Source: Perkinsus olseni
Taxonomy: Eukaryota
Length of the DNA stretch: 60,549 nucleotides
NCBI GenBank assembly: GCA_013115125.1
Contig: JABANN010000023.1
Location: 62,001-122,549, forward strand
Direction: 5' to 3'
Made by a program: the position numbers and the translations under genes. Under the pieces are notes generated by a model. The model was not told the DNA's origin, ran no database searches, and saw nothing but the letters and a program-made list of their open reading frames with translations. Numbering within the stretch: the stretch's first letter is position 1; each line of letters opens with the position of its first letter. Of this stretch, positions 22,702-36,725 are shown piece by piece.

Positions 22702-23150
22702 ATGACTATCAAAGCTCCGCTGGTGTTGATAACACTGCTGGATTGTGGTCTCCTCCTCTGCTCGGAGCGGATGTGCTTCCCGTTGGTCTGTACGCAAGTT
22801 GGGATGACGATAACCGCTTCTTCTGCAAGACGGACATTAGAAAATCGACAGAAATGGAAATAGTGGCCGATGTTGATATCAGTCACGGCTGGAATGGAGC
22901 GAAATGCGTTAATTGCCGCTTCGAGTACGGCGTCTGGACAGAGACCGGTGATAGGAGTGGTCGTGACGAGGCACATGTGGCTGCTCTGCTAGGCTCCGAT
23001 GGGGTCTCGGGGCCCCCCAACGATTCCACGAGTGCCTGCCTGGCTGAGCTCGGTGAAAGAGTCGGGATTGGCTACGATTGCCACTGGCAAGCGTATCCGA
23101 AAAATGGTCGTATGATCTTCAAACTCTGTGACGCTATGCCTTCCGAATGA
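22702..23150 (+). pseudogene. Frameshifted secreted Cys-containing protein, copy 2
   Basis: MTIKAPLVLITLLDCGLLL is out of frame with GADVLPVGLYASWDD...KNGRMIFKLCD because of a 1-nt deletion relative to copy 1. Confidence 0.65.
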
Positions 23151-24433
23151 CCATTATGACTCAAAAACGTCTTGAAGTCAATAAGACAATTCACAGCTAA
23201 AACTCGCCGGAAGAGTAAGCTTGGGAAAAGACTCCATCTCTTCGTTCTGACCTCGGATTACTTATGATTAACAACAGAGCAACAATAGGTGTCCAGAGCT
23301 GAGGTGGATGCGTGTTTGCATGCGCAACAGCCAAGCGTGCTAGCGACCCGTCCGTCATCAGCGAACGGCCGATGTTATACGTCGGAGTCGTCATCTCATT
23401 CGCTCCCGCCTTTGATAAGAGTAGTTTAGGTGGGTCACTTCTGGTGACTCCAGTGATTCGCACTGCGAGTGCAACAGAAGGTTCATCTGGCAGGAGTCCT
23501 GTCCGTGAAGATCTCCCAGCTTTCTCCTGCTGTGATGTTACCTACCACCCAGCTAGCGGGCCCTCAGAGAAGGCGCGATGTAAAGCTGGACTCCCATGCG
23601 GAAGACCACACAGCCGGCACCTGGTCACCGATCAAGGACCACCGAATCGTCAGTATTGATCGCATTGCGAGAGTACATAGCTCGCTCAGCATACTGCAGG
23701 GCCTGCTACCTCCGCGAAGCTGCTACCCACCGTACCAAGATGAGGCTCCCAAGAATTTCGTGGAGAGAGCTCGCCGTTGGTGAACCATTACCGACCTCTG
23801 CTCTGCCTGGAGCCCCTTCACCTTGAGAAGTCGGCTAAGGGCTAGCTCATCTCTAAGGAGAACAAGTCGTCGAGCGGCAATGCGAGCTAGTTCCACGTGG
23901 GCAGGGGTTAATCCTGCGGCGATGACTAGTGCAGAGTTGGAGGCATCGCGAGGCTCGAAGAGCTATCCGCGCCACCATAGCAGGCACTCACATCACCAGA
24001 TCCCTGGCTCTGGCAGACTCAAGGCCGTTCTACCACACGCACACAGCGTGCACTAGGCCAGACAGGATACCCACCCGATATTATCGTGCCGGTAAGCGCG
24101 AATGACTTTGACACCAGCGATGGCAGCACGCTCCCATCCCAAGTGTCGCAGTCGATTCAACTACTTACGTGGACACGACAGTTGAAGGCCACGGAGAGCC
24201 CTTCCGAGCGAAGCGTGAGCGAGCCAGCCACCATTAATTGCTCTCCCGAAAAGTATAAAGTTAGTATTGACTAACTAAATAGAACACTGGGCTCTGGAGA
24301 AAACACAATCGTACGTGATTATTTCTGCTTCCGTCGGTATGACCAACAAGACTACATCGACTACGTTTGAGTGGGGGGGGGCAATTATGAACTCTCTACA
24401 GCAATGTTAGATCGGTAACGTGTGCAGGCATTT

Positions 24434-27400
24434 TCAAGGGCATAAATCAGGCCATACAGATTTGAGGAAGTCTGCCGGGTCAGGAGACGCTCGGAGTCGA
24501 CGAAACCAACCTTGAATGAGAGACCTGAAGTAGTGATGGACGTGTTCGGCCCTAGAGAATGGGTTATGAAGGCAGCGTGCTAGGACTCACTCTGCTGGGG
24601 TGTAGTACGGCAGCTTCATCATAACGACTGCAGCGATCTGTAGGAGCTCTTCTGGTGGGTGATGTCCCCCCTCGAGGAGCTGCTTCAACCCGTTGTACTC
24701 AACAAACGTTCGAGCTAATGCTGCTGATCGCTGGACGAGGAGGCTCAGAGTTGACAGCGCCAGAGGAGACTTCGAAGCCAGCAGGGCCTGAAGCATCCTA
24801 CTCTCCTCCATAACTCGAGCGCCCGCCACGGAAACACGTAGATTCGCGAGTGATGAAAAGACTGCACGAGACTCACTGATTGAATCGGCTGCCAGTCGGC
24901 CTCGATCGACTCCTCGATGTTCCTGTCATTTGGTGGTGCCAGCCGGAGGATTAGGGATAACAGTGCGAGGCTTAGGTAGCTCAAACCTGACAATACCCCT
25001 GCATGAGCCGCAGTCGGGGCCAAACAAGACCTACCTTTAGCGGTGGGACTTTTGCCGAGGACCTCCCGAAATACGTAAAGCAGGGGGCCATCGAGTACAG
25101 TGTGAAGCAGATCTTCACATGACGTAGAGCTCAATCGTAGGAGCAGAATCAAACACACTGTGAGTCTGAAGAGAGGCGATTCCCCAACCATGGAGAGAGA
25201 AGTCCTTACGCGTGCTCTATGACGGAGTCCGATAGCTCCCGCAGCTTCAAAGGCGTGCATGCCTTGAGGAAACCTCTGAGCCACTCTGCCGCAACGACTC
25301 CTGAAAATGGGCAGACTAAGTGGGACCGCATCGATCCGATCGATGCACGGCGATCGAACTTTGAGCGGAGGCTCACCTGAGGAGGAGGCAGACTGCCGAG
25401 CGACTTGCCCATCTGCTCCGAGGGCCGAAGCAATACTGACAGTTGTGGATCGTGCATACAGGAGAGACATGAGCCGTGAGACGACCTGAGATCATGATAC
25501 GAAGATACCATCGCACAGTGTCTTGTCGTCCCCCTCCTCACCGGGAAGATGTAGGGTGACCTGTTGGGTCCCCCTTCGGCAACCAGAGACAGAGCCGCCT
25601 CTGCCAGGACATGCAGGGTTGGCTCTGCCGATGACGCTGGTAGGTACGTAACGGCAGTGTTGAGGAACTGAGGAAAACGGATGCTACCCGAGGGCAATTT
25701 CAACAGGTGAGTCTCACTCGAACAATGGCAGTTTGCAATTGATCAGCTCCTAGCAAGACCGACTGCCGCGTATTCTGCCCTGAGAGGAGCGCCAAGGCAG
25801 GCCGGTACATCTCCCGTGACGACAGTGCCTGAGAGGAGAGAGCAGTCCAGAATCGATGGCAAAGGACGGAGAGGACGGTACCTTGACACCCCTGAGGAGC
25901 GGGGGCTCCACCTCCTCCCCAGCACGCGGAACCTCAATCTTGAATTCTCGAATGACGTTGACGAGGTATCGCTCCGGGTCGCACATGCCACCCGGAAGAC
26001 GGTCCGTTTCAATAGCCGAGCGTAGACACTCGACCAGCGGGGCCTGGAACTGTTCTGGAATCTCGGGGGCCTGCGAGCGAGGAGAACAGTGAGCCAGCTC
26101 CGAAGCAGACACGGAGGCTCACCTCGAAGACCTTGGCCTCGTAAAGTAGCCGTCCCATCAGCGAAAGGAGCAATGGCTGCTTATCCCTCCGGCTGAGCCC
26201 CGAGAGGAACGTGGCTGCGACGTCCCGGAAGACCTCAACGTTCGAGTTGCCTCCACAATGGGAAAGCTCGGCAGCCAGCACTTCAAGCAGCCTTGCCGCG
26301 AAGACCGGGTCATCGCCCTCCAGGGCCAGACGCAGAGTGTCGTAGCGAGTGGACCATGCAAAGGAGATGTACCGTAGAATGGCCCCTTTGAGGGCGTCCT
26401 TGCCAGACGACAGGAACCCTCCTACACACTCGACCAAGTAGCTGTAGAGAGCACTGGCTTCGGTGGAGGATGAGGCAGGGGGAGGGTTGTCGAGCAGGAA
26501 GAAGAGCGCATCCAGACCGGACAGCTCCCCGGACGACGTGTCCGCTATGTGCTCCTCACCGCCAGTCAGGAAGAGCAGGGCCAGGTCAGGACCACATCTA
26601 TTCAACGTGCTCAGTGCCAACCAACGGGAAGCATCGTTGCTCAGCTTGCCGAATCGCTGCAGCCGGCTAGGACTCCACCTCACGCAGCGATCGACGTAGC
26701 GTACCGAGCCCTCACCACTGGGAACGACCGGACGCTGATCGACTTGACGGGCCACCTCCCGAAGAAGTAGTAGCCGAGAGAGGTCGTGCCGCGCATCGTA
26801 ACGACAGAGACTAGTGATGCAGCACACAGGCAGTAGAGAGTCATACCGCAGAACCTCGCCAGCAGCATCGTAGACAGATCCCGTTCCCGAAGAGAGAAGG
26901 ATCCTGCCCAGAGCCAGAGAGGCCTGCCGCGGCATTGACGGGTGGAGGGCAAAGATGGCCCTTATCGCTTGGGGTGCTCGGGCACACATGGTGGACAGGA
27001 TTGCCAGGCCCGCCCTACTGCTAGCCTGACGACTCTGCAGCAGGTGCGCGATCAATGGCACACCATCGGGCGTCTTGGCGAGCTCTACTTGCTTGTGGGC
27101 CGGTACACAGTTCGGGACATTCCGAGGGTCGCGCTCCAGGCAGGCGGCGATGAGCTCAACTGCCGTCTCTGACAAGGCCGTATCTTTGGAAGTGATAGCT
27201 GCAGCGACTTGACCGAAGACCGGTGATTCTAGAGTGAGCAGGCATTGTGTGGAGTAGACGAATGCTTCCGAGTCTTGGGTGGGGGCGAGGATCATCCGCA
27301 GGAGCCATCTCATAGACAGGAGACTGACATCATCGGACAACTTGCCGCCGAAGAGAAGTCGATTCACCTGGACACAGCGAGCTCAGTCTCAGGATCCCAA

Positions 27401-30400
27401 CAGAACTCCCTACCACATGATCCGTAACTCTCATCCAAGCCTCGGCCTGGCCGACGGCCCACCTCTGCGATTCCGGTAACCGCTGGAAGAGGGAGGTGAC
27501 CAATCTCAACAGCGCTGCCGAAACGCCTGATGGTGAGTCCTGAGAGGGAAAATGGCACACGGCGGAGCGGAGCGAAGGAAAGGCACGCTGCGACCTACCC
27601 CATTCTCGGGTGCCGGTAAGGAGCTGAGCAAAGTCGTTTTCTGCACGATGGCCTGCAACACGGCCCTGGCGTGAGCCGCGGTATCAACTCCTCGTGGTCG
27701 AGCGTGCGCGAGCCCAGTGAGGCAGGCGATGGTCACCCTACAATGGAAGAAGCGTTTTCCTAGAAGAAGATAAGCGAAGCGTCGTACTCGTTGCGGGCTA
27801 GGACAGAGTAGGGTGGTGCACCTGTTAGAACTTCAACCAGGGTCGCTCCTCCTTGCCACGAAGCCACTGAGCTCTGAAACAACATGAGAGACACGGGAAA
27901 GGAGGGTCGCGGAGGGAGCCTACTTCGCCAACATCGGCGCATGCGGAGAGTATCCTGATCAGGGCAGGGGCCACCAGTAGAACGCCCTCTGAGGCCTCGT
28001 CGTCCCCGGCCTGCAGAGTTCCCGTTATAGCACTTTGACGCACCTGTGCGACAAATGGCGACAGTGGACTCAGCGGAAGGGCGAGACTCACCGCTTTAAG
28101 AATTTTCCGAAGGTGATCATGCATATTTGCACCGTTGAACCAAGGGTTATGGTGGTGCTCCAACTTCTGCACCAGCTGAGGCAAACGACAAAGCCAGATA
28201 ACAGAAGGGCCACTGGCCGCCGTCGGTGTGCTCACCTGCTTGACTGCGGCCTCTCCTTGAGGCAGACGAGTGACCATACACGTGCACATGTCGAGAACAG
28301 CAGCATACTCCAGTGAGAGGAAGAGGGTCACGACATGCGGTGCTGCATTAGGGCCGTACCCAGGAGGATAGTCGTAGGGTCCAGCGGTGCCTGACAGTGT
28401 CGCGGAGGAGGTGCCAGGACGATGGCACGAGGAAGTGAGCACCTCGACCGAGCCCACCAGCAGGAGCAGCAGCAGCAGCCTCAGTGATTGTCGCAGTTGG
28501 ATGGAAGTTCTCTGTCTTGTTCAGCACAACATCCTTATACTTCATACACATGCTCTGGCTCAGAGGCTTGTCCGATACCTGAGGGGACAAGTCTACGATT
28601 CCGGAAAGGAGTGGTAGTGTAAGGCCAGCACTCACCAGGCACAGTCTTGTGATTATTATGATGACCATGATCTGGAGGTAGTTCCGGTTCGGGCGGTTTG
28701 GCGCGTTGACTGCCTGGGGCGGCGGCAGTAGATTGTACTTCGTTCTGATAGAAAACATGCCGACCGCTACCCTGAGTTGAAGTATCTGCCTACGCATGCG
28801 TCTCCAGTCTCTTCAGGCTGGTCCAGCGATGCAAGGGCAACACCAAAGCTGACATCACCGTGTCTAATATACGAGAGAGGACCAGACCGGGACTGTCTGA
28901 GGAGTTGGCAGCGGCCGCCAGGACACACGAAGTGACGTCATCTTGTACCTGGGGGGAAGCAAATACGCGCTGGAGAGAAGCGCATCAGAGAGGAAGGCTT
29001 ACATAGCCGAGGATATCCCAATAGACGAGGGCTGTCCTCTCGACCTTGCTGCTCTCCTCTTCCTTACCACCGCATCCGTACATGCCCTACAACGGAACAG
29101 AGTGGCTAATGGCTCTACAGATGGGGCGCTGTCTTACAGTGCAGGCGAAGGCGAGGAGCCGGCCAGTATCGTAGTCAGAGGACCAGTACTCCGACCCGAA
29201 CTTGTTAGTAACACTGCTGGCCGGCTGACGAGGCTCCGCAGTCGGGGCTGTTGACGAGAGATCTGATGATGATCGGATGAACGACATATGCTTTACGACG
29301 GGAAAGGGGCGCGGCTCACCCGAGTGGGACATAGTGTCGGCACTGAGCTGGGTCTGTAGCTTCTGCATCCGGCTCCTGCTGGGAGCCAACGCCCCCATCA
29401 CGGCCATTGCCATGTACAGGGTAAGCCTCTGAGACAGCCTCACAGGCGGCGCGATCCTGAGTGATGAGCTGATGTGCTTTGACATAAGAGCGGTACGGTG
29501 GGAGTGGTACCTCATCTCCCCCGTAGTGGCTTCGGTCTGATCCGATACCGTCATGCCGGGCGTCAACAGTTCGAGATCGCCCAGCACGAAGGGCACAGGG
29601 GCCGAAAGTGATACGGTCGAGGCAACGGTCTGACAGACGAGAGAGTCGGAGGATGGCGCAGGTCCTCTAGAGTACTGATGTTACCTGCGGTATCAGGGCC
29701 AGGGCGGCCTCGATCTCATCGGTGCCGGTGACCTCAACAAGGGCAAACGCCAAAACACAGCAGTCCACTAGTGTAGTTGTGATGGGACGGACCAGGTAAC
29801 TACGCCAAAGCCGAAGACGTAACGTGGAAGGTCGGCGGAGCGAAGCCCTTACTCTGACACTTTCTGTGGTATACCCATCTGCCCTTGGAGCTGCTGGGTG
29901 CTCTCTAAGGAAGCCAGTATAGAGCCGACGCCTGTGCACAGGGACTTGGCCAGCCCGAGACGACCTGCGGGAGAGTGCTGCAGTGGATTCCGTCCTGACG
30001 TTACCCATACCTAGCTCCCTGACGATCATCCTAGCCTCATGCTGACCTCTATCGGCTGTGAGGAGGATGTCCTTCAGACTAAGGCAAAGATGATACCACT
30101 CCCTCAGGAACAATCGGACCTGATAGACGCGTCCGTGACCTAGACGGGAGGGTAGACAGCGTACCGCCAAGTCCGTGACTTCCTTAGTGCTCTCTCTACT
30201 ATCATCGTCATCAGCCGCCTTAGCTATCCGCATGACACTATCCCCCACCACCAAGCTCATAGCCTTCGCCACCAAGCCACATATCTGAACCACCAGGCCA
30301 GTGCTACTGCAGCGAGACCCCCTACCATCAACACATACCGTGTGCTGGTGCAGCTTAGTGAGCCTCGATACCGTGTCCACTACTTGTATGCTGCTCTCTG

Positions 30401-31049
30401 ACATCAGCAGGGACCACTCGTACCTAATAACAACAGCCTACACCAAAGCAACGACCGAACCGCCAGCTGTGGTTGCACTTACTTCTCCTTTTCCAACAAC
30501 ACCACCAAAGACCGGGCAGCAGCCTCCTTGCAGCCGCCCTTCTGCGCCTTCTGAATGTCCTCTAGATCCACCGCTACCGCTCTAGACCTCTGCTGTATCC
30601 AGGACGCCAACTGAGGACACCAGAGTTGCCAGCAAGCGATGATGATGAACACAGCTGAGATACAGTACCTGTTGCGGCTGCATCGTCTCCTCTCTAGGCA
30701 TCAGCAGGGGCAGGATGGGGTTCGCCAGCTGGGGCGTCCGAGCCAGTACCGCTGCAACTACTTCCTTCGGACAACCTGAAAACGCGAGCTACGACCGCAT
30801 AGAAAACGGAAAAGAGGAAAAATAGAGAAGTGAAGTATCCCCAATCTGTTGTGCCATGCACTTTGAGGTCGAAATAGTTCTTCCCGTCGCCTTACCTCCA
30901 GACTTGGCCCGTACCAGTCTCCCTACGGTGTCCCGGTGCAGAGTTTCGAATGGCTCGTCTCTTAGGTGTAACTCTGATGATGTTTGTGGAACGGCCCCTG
31001 CAGGGGAGGCCCCTGTGGGTGCACCCGCCACCGCACCGAAAAGGGCCAT
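24434..31049 (-). CDS. Very large multi-exon alpha-helical (ARM/HEAT-like) protein of unknown function
   Basis: A chain of long Leu/Ala-rich minus-strand ORFs separated by short GT-AG introns. Start MALFGAVAGAPTG (tentative); last exon SLIQGWFRRL...WPDLCP*. Could be more than one gene. Confidence 0.65.
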
Positions 31050-31287
31050 ACAAGAGGCGAGCGGCACGAACTGATGGAAAAATGGGAAAAATGATCTCTG
31101 AACAGTTAGGAGCCTCAGTAACACAAGAGAACTAAGCAACGGATGATATTCGAAGTGAATTGGATGAATCATGACAATATTATGGAGCCGGCTGCTGTTG
31201 GCCACGGCAGCAGTACTACAGCATTCATGCTACCGGGCCGAGCTCAACCTATCCGGTGGCCCTGATCATGAGAGGCTGATGGTATGG

Positions 31288-33279
31288 TATTACACTGAGC
31301 CCGTGTCGTCTAGCGAAGTCGTATTGGGATAGATGCTGGTGAGGGGATCGAACATCGCCCAGGCCCCACCGGCGGCTGAAGAGGAGGACCTCGAGCGAGG
31401 TGCCGAGTCCAGTGAGGCGCACGACTCCTGCTGCTGTCTGCTAGACAGCTAGAACTCAGTCAGAAGTGAGGGACGACCGAAACGCCCTTGGGACATTCAC
31501 AAAGGCATCATCGAAATGTAGGTACTACGATGGTGCTCGGCCAAAAGACTCTGGTGGATCGACTCCGGAGAGAGACCTCTGCTGTGGGGGCGTCTTTGAG
31601 TAACGTCTGCTGCACCAGCACTGTGGTCCTCCGACTGCCATCCTGCAAGCCAGAGACTACAGTGTATTGAATAGAGAGAGAAAAGAAAGCAACGCCTCCG
31701 TGATGATGAGACGACGTCATGAGTACAACGAGGGCCGAGGCCGACTCCACAGCAGGGAGACTGTACCTCCTCTGGCTGGGCCTTCTACTGACCTCCTCTG
31801 ACCCGCGCTGGCAGGCAACGACTCGCCGAGAGAATGGGAGTAAAGAGAACCAGTAGACAACCTATAAAGGGCTGTGCCGGACCGATCCGAAGCAATACAA
31901 CCCACCTGAGTGAGTTGCTCATACCACCACCAGGCCCCCTACCACCAGTAGGTGGTGGAGTAGTGACACCGCTCTGACCATCTCCGTAGGGTTCCGGGGC
32001 AACCGTAGGGGGACAGCTGTTGAGAGCTTCGGTGGGTGCAGCTCCAGCAGGCCCTACCTCATGCGTATTTTGGAACCCCCTCTCAGACCCCCAGACGACA
32101 GCCTCGACCTCTTCTCAATGAGCCGCTCAGAGGCCTGCCGCTGCAGCTTAACATATCTACAGCATGGCAAGCCCCCCGACATCAGTCGTCCCTCAGCGGC
32201 GCACTGTTGGGCCAGTTTCCGATTCTCCACTTCCTTCTGCCGATCCCTGCCCCGATACTGATGGGCGGCCCTTTCCCAGTCACTGACATGCCTAGTCACG
32301 GCTTAGTGGTCGTAATACTCATCCTACTCTCGCTCCTGCATCGCTCCGCTAAGCTTTTGACGAAAATCTCTCTCAGCTCTACGCAGTCGAGCCTCGGCCT
32401 CCTTGACGCGATCTTGTGCAGTCGCCACTCTGTCTTCTAGCCGTTTCACTTTGCCTGTCAGGATTTTGTTGTCAGACTGAATTCGGGCTAACTTCTCCTG
32501 AAGCAAAACTGGGATGACCCCAAGAGAGGTCACCGAAACCTCTGCAGAGACGATACTTGATCCACAAGAGATTGTTCCATGCTAACGGTCCTGATAGTCC
32601 GCTCTACGAGCGAAAACACTGGATACCTCAAGTCATCGCTATGCGCTGTAGTCAAGCCACGACTTCAATGATAGAAATCCAACCTGCGCCTTGCTACAAA
32701 TATGTCCCTGCGCAGGACTTCTCAAGACTCTCGGTAGTACCTCGGTGTCCCTTCGTCTCCTACACTCCTGCTCGCGCATTCCCAATAGGGAGCTCACTGC
32801 CTTGACGATACTTCCGCTATCCTGCAACCTCATCTGTGGTAAGCCAAGCTGACAACAAGATACGCCACTCCCAATACGCATGGATAATAGCCGAGTACCG
32901 CTAGCAGCATATGGTTGAGCCCAGCGAGCCTCTCAGTGTCGGACAGACCCTCCCGAGCCGACGAAGCTTCATTGCCCTCCTCATCACCGACAAGCTCATC
33001 CAGAGAGCCGAAGCTGAGGTCGATGGAGGGAGGTGATGCTGACCCGTCCGACATAGTAACAGAACTCTCCCATGCGTTAATGCCACTGAACTCCACTACT
33101 AAGGCCACTGCTGCTGGGCGGAAACAGGAACTCATACCACATGCAGGTCGAAGAGAGGACAGACGCTGTCTACCGGAGACGATTGTTCCTCGTGTAGTGG
33201 TAGCACTGAAATATCTTCTGATTCCGCCAGCTCGGGTGCTTCTTAAACTGCTTGCCTGAGCCACAACGACTCGTCTCAT
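31288..33279 (-). CDS. Coiled-coil protein, possibly ADIP/SSX2IP (Msd1)-like
   Basis: LNHMLLAVLGY followed by a heptad region (EKLARIQSDNKILTGKVKRLEDR) and RAAHQYRGRDRQKEVENRKL, reminiscent of the ADIP QY..D.K.KE.E..KL motif. Ser-rich tail. Start at 33279 or 33054. Confidence 0.45.
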
Positions 33280-33884
33280 AGACCGGGACAGGCCTGCTGC
33301 CTCTCACCAGAGATGTACGGCAAAAGGTACTCGGGAAACTGCAGCGATCGCGGTGGGGGCTTTGTCAATTTCTAAGGACGGTAGAATGAATCGTAGCACC
33401 GAGAGACAAGCCAACCTGTTTATGCGTCGGGTTGGCTGTACAGTCCACTGCCAGTATTGGGATGGCATGCCGATAGACTCGGTACCTAGGGGCCAGTGTG
33501 AGCGCAGCTACAGAGGCGACTGCTACCGGCATTGGTCACATCTGAGCTGCAGGGCCCCTCGATCACGCTTGTAACGCACCTATCACCAGCGCTGCCTGCT
33601 ACGAAAGGAGGCCGTGATCACTACCCCTAGGAGAGGGGACATCAGACCAGCACTGCCGGACATGGCCCTCCCGACATCTTTGGACCGATATAGTAGTACC
33701 AACGACATGAGAAAAAGTTCACTGAGAGGGAATCGGGACAACAGGCAAGCTCAGAAACCCCAACGGGGTCACCTCGAGAGGGATAACTCAGATTCCGTGG
33801 TGAGTCTCAGAAACATTCAAAGACAAAAGCATGGAAAAATCATAAGAGAAATCAAGCCCTGAGCGCCTCATCACGGGTGAACCC

Positions 33885-36616
33885 TCAGTACTTCGCAGGC
33901 AGGATCATTCCACTACCTGCCATCACAAGCGATGCCACACAGACTCGTTCATAGAACTAGAGGCCGAACAATACAGCTCACACCGACATCGCGGCGGCAT
34001 TGGTAGTGCCGGAACAATGAACCCATCACACCCATGAGCAGGACGCGTTGAGGCGCTTATCCTATCCAAAGGCGGGTCCCTCAGAGGCTTACATTCGCCA
34101 AAACCAAGCGAAATACCATCCTTCTCACAGTGCCCTCTAATAGTCACTTCGTCATTGTCCTCGAGGAACACACCTGCGAGTGGTATTGAGCGTGAAGGGG
34201 TTTTGAAGGGACCAGCGGCTTACGCTCCTCGGTGCCAATCTTAATCTTCTTTTGGCCAGCCCAGGAGAGCTCCAGCAGTGAACCGAAGGAATCGGGTGTT
34301 GGGCCTGTCATAACCACCCTCAGGGAACTACAAGTTTGCCAAGTCTCCCTGGCCTGCGTTTTCCTCTCCCGTGAGAGCAGTCGTAATACCGAGACGCATG
34401 AGAGCTGCTTACCCATCAAAAACCGGGACTACCGCAAAGAGATCAGATTTGGATGAAGAGAACGCTTGCCCCGCTAAGTCACGCTGATTGCTCATGCAGA
34501 AGAGCATTCGGATCGACTTTCGACCGAGGGAGAGTCAACGAAGCTATGAAGAGGGCGGATGCTAGGAAACATCCAAGGCGACTTCCACCACGACTAGCCA
34601 GCCCCTTCAGCCTTTGAACACATCCTGTAGAATGGAAACCCCACACAGGGACTCACCACTGATAGTCCCCGAGCCCATAAGGTCACCAGGCCTCACATTG
34701 CAGCCATTAACAGTGTGATGGGACAGCTGCTGTTCCATGGACCAGTACCTGATCATCATCACCCTTCTGGGGTATGCTCAAGTGCAGATGGACAGCATCA
34801 GACTACATGTGTTTCAGATTCGACTTGCAAATACGCTCACCATTGAGATCCACGGTGAGGCTTATGTCGAGCTGGGGTCTGGAATCCTCGCTGTGCGCAA
34901 GATACCTATCACAACGGACCCCTCACTCTCGCGCAGTGGACCGGCAGCCCACGGCAAGGGACGTGGAATCTGCTCCTTAGTGAGTGGTATCCTGAATGGC
35001 TGCAGGGCCTCCCATGTGACGATCCACGGGCTTATGGTTGTACCTAGCAGCAGGAAGAGGTCCAGTACGCGCAATCTAAGGGGTGCTTTTTCGCGAGGCC
35101 GGCGGAATCCGAGTTTCGTGTATCCTGTGGCTCTCCTTGTATTACTGCATTGTCCATGTGTCACTGAAGTGAAGTATAACATGCTACCTTGCAGCCTGAT
35201 ATCACGCCTCCACGTCAACCGCGCAGAGCAACTTCAAAATATACGCTACAGTAAATATTTACTACCAACCAGGCTATTAAGTATGAGCAGTGGAGACGGC
35301 ACACTTCACAATGTATCACGGATGAATTTCCCAACGAAAAACTTCTCCCCACATTTTTCGCCTCGGTGCGGCGGATAACACCCGTGAGCCCTTACCGAAG
35401 TTTTTCCCAAGGAAGGGCCCCAAAGGGACGTACTCCCACTGCTGGATATCTCTTGACGACCAATCATTCATTAGCACTACTCCAAAGATGCGCCTGAGGG
35501 AGATGCCCGGCCACTCCCACTGGCCCCAGGCCAGGTTTCTTACTCTCCGGCCTCGGACAGTTTAATAGGCTCACCCAACTCGGTACCTACACGCCCATAA
35601 AACGACGGTCAGAAGCCGAGCTAATACTACCCTTCCCTCCAACAAAGAAGGCCATCTCGAGCTCTATGTCCATCCGCCTACTCGGGCCGAAGGTGGGAGC
35701 AGGATCATTGGGGCCCTTCCTTTGGCCACAGGGACGAGTAATCGGCGTGCCTGCTCGGAATTACGGCTCGCTCGATGATCGGAGTGGCGCCTGCCCCAGG
35801 CCGTCAATCTTGACAGGATGCCCACACACGAAGGTTTAGCAGTAAACGAAGGCGTCCTTAGAGGCCCCGTCCTACCACTAACAACGACGCTGCTAGCTCG
35901 ACCATGATAACCAACTGGTAGGTGCTTCCAGTTAGGTAGCAGAGGGTCCTGGTTTGGACGGAACATTTTACCCACATTGGTAGCGTGCTCCTCTGAGGAG
36001 TAGAAGTCCGTATAATCTCCAATGTCACCTACAAAGACCAAAGGCAAGCCTCTCAGGACCGAGACCAACATAATCAGGAGTCCCCTTTACTACATGGCAG
36101 CAGCATCTGCACCTTGGACATGTCCACAAGTGCCTCCTGAAGCAGAGCGCTGTCATGCTTTAGTGACTCAGGATGATCATCAGAGAGAAAGGACTGTATC
36201 TTAGCTCGAACCTTGAACAACGCGAATCATCTTCGTCATCACTGCATCACACCTCTCCTCACCTTGCTCCATTCAGACTTGTCCATGCCCATGAACTCAT
36301 TCAGGGTAGGGTGGGTGAAGTACTGCGGCAGTCTCCGACGCTCAGCAAGGACCTGCATGGGCCACCCTGGCGAGAGGTATGGCGATAGAAGGTTTATCTC
36401 ACAGAGAGGTCGAGTATCTTATCACCTATGGCAGTACCTGTACAACTAAGACATCCACAAAATACAGCGGAGCGATGCATCACCAATCCTGGCCTTCCCT
36501 CCGTGAGCACGGAAGACCCCATAAGGCAGATTATGGATGGTAAAGTCTGTCGTGAACACCTCAGGGAAGAGGAACTGGGGCAACGGTCGGACGGCCGATC
36601 TACCAGCTGACGACAT
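33885..36616 (-). CDS. FAH: Fumarylacetoacetase
   Basis: [101 protein letters not shown]. Confidence 0.96.
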
Positions 36617-36725
36617 GCTACCAAAACTGACGGACGACTTTATATCAATGTCAGCATCACTGAACACAAGCCCGACCGTACGACTAAGGACAAGTCTGAC
36701 GTCATGCTTATGCAGGACGAGGGTA

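Noticed and set aside
23200-24200. Short ORFs here and in 46400-48800 and 59700-60549
   Set aside because: No recognisable motifs or consistent splice structure, so no call can be supported.
35077-35390. Possible MITE in the long FAH intron (gggtg...caccc ends)
   Set aside because: The terminal match is only ~5 bp and there is no TSD.
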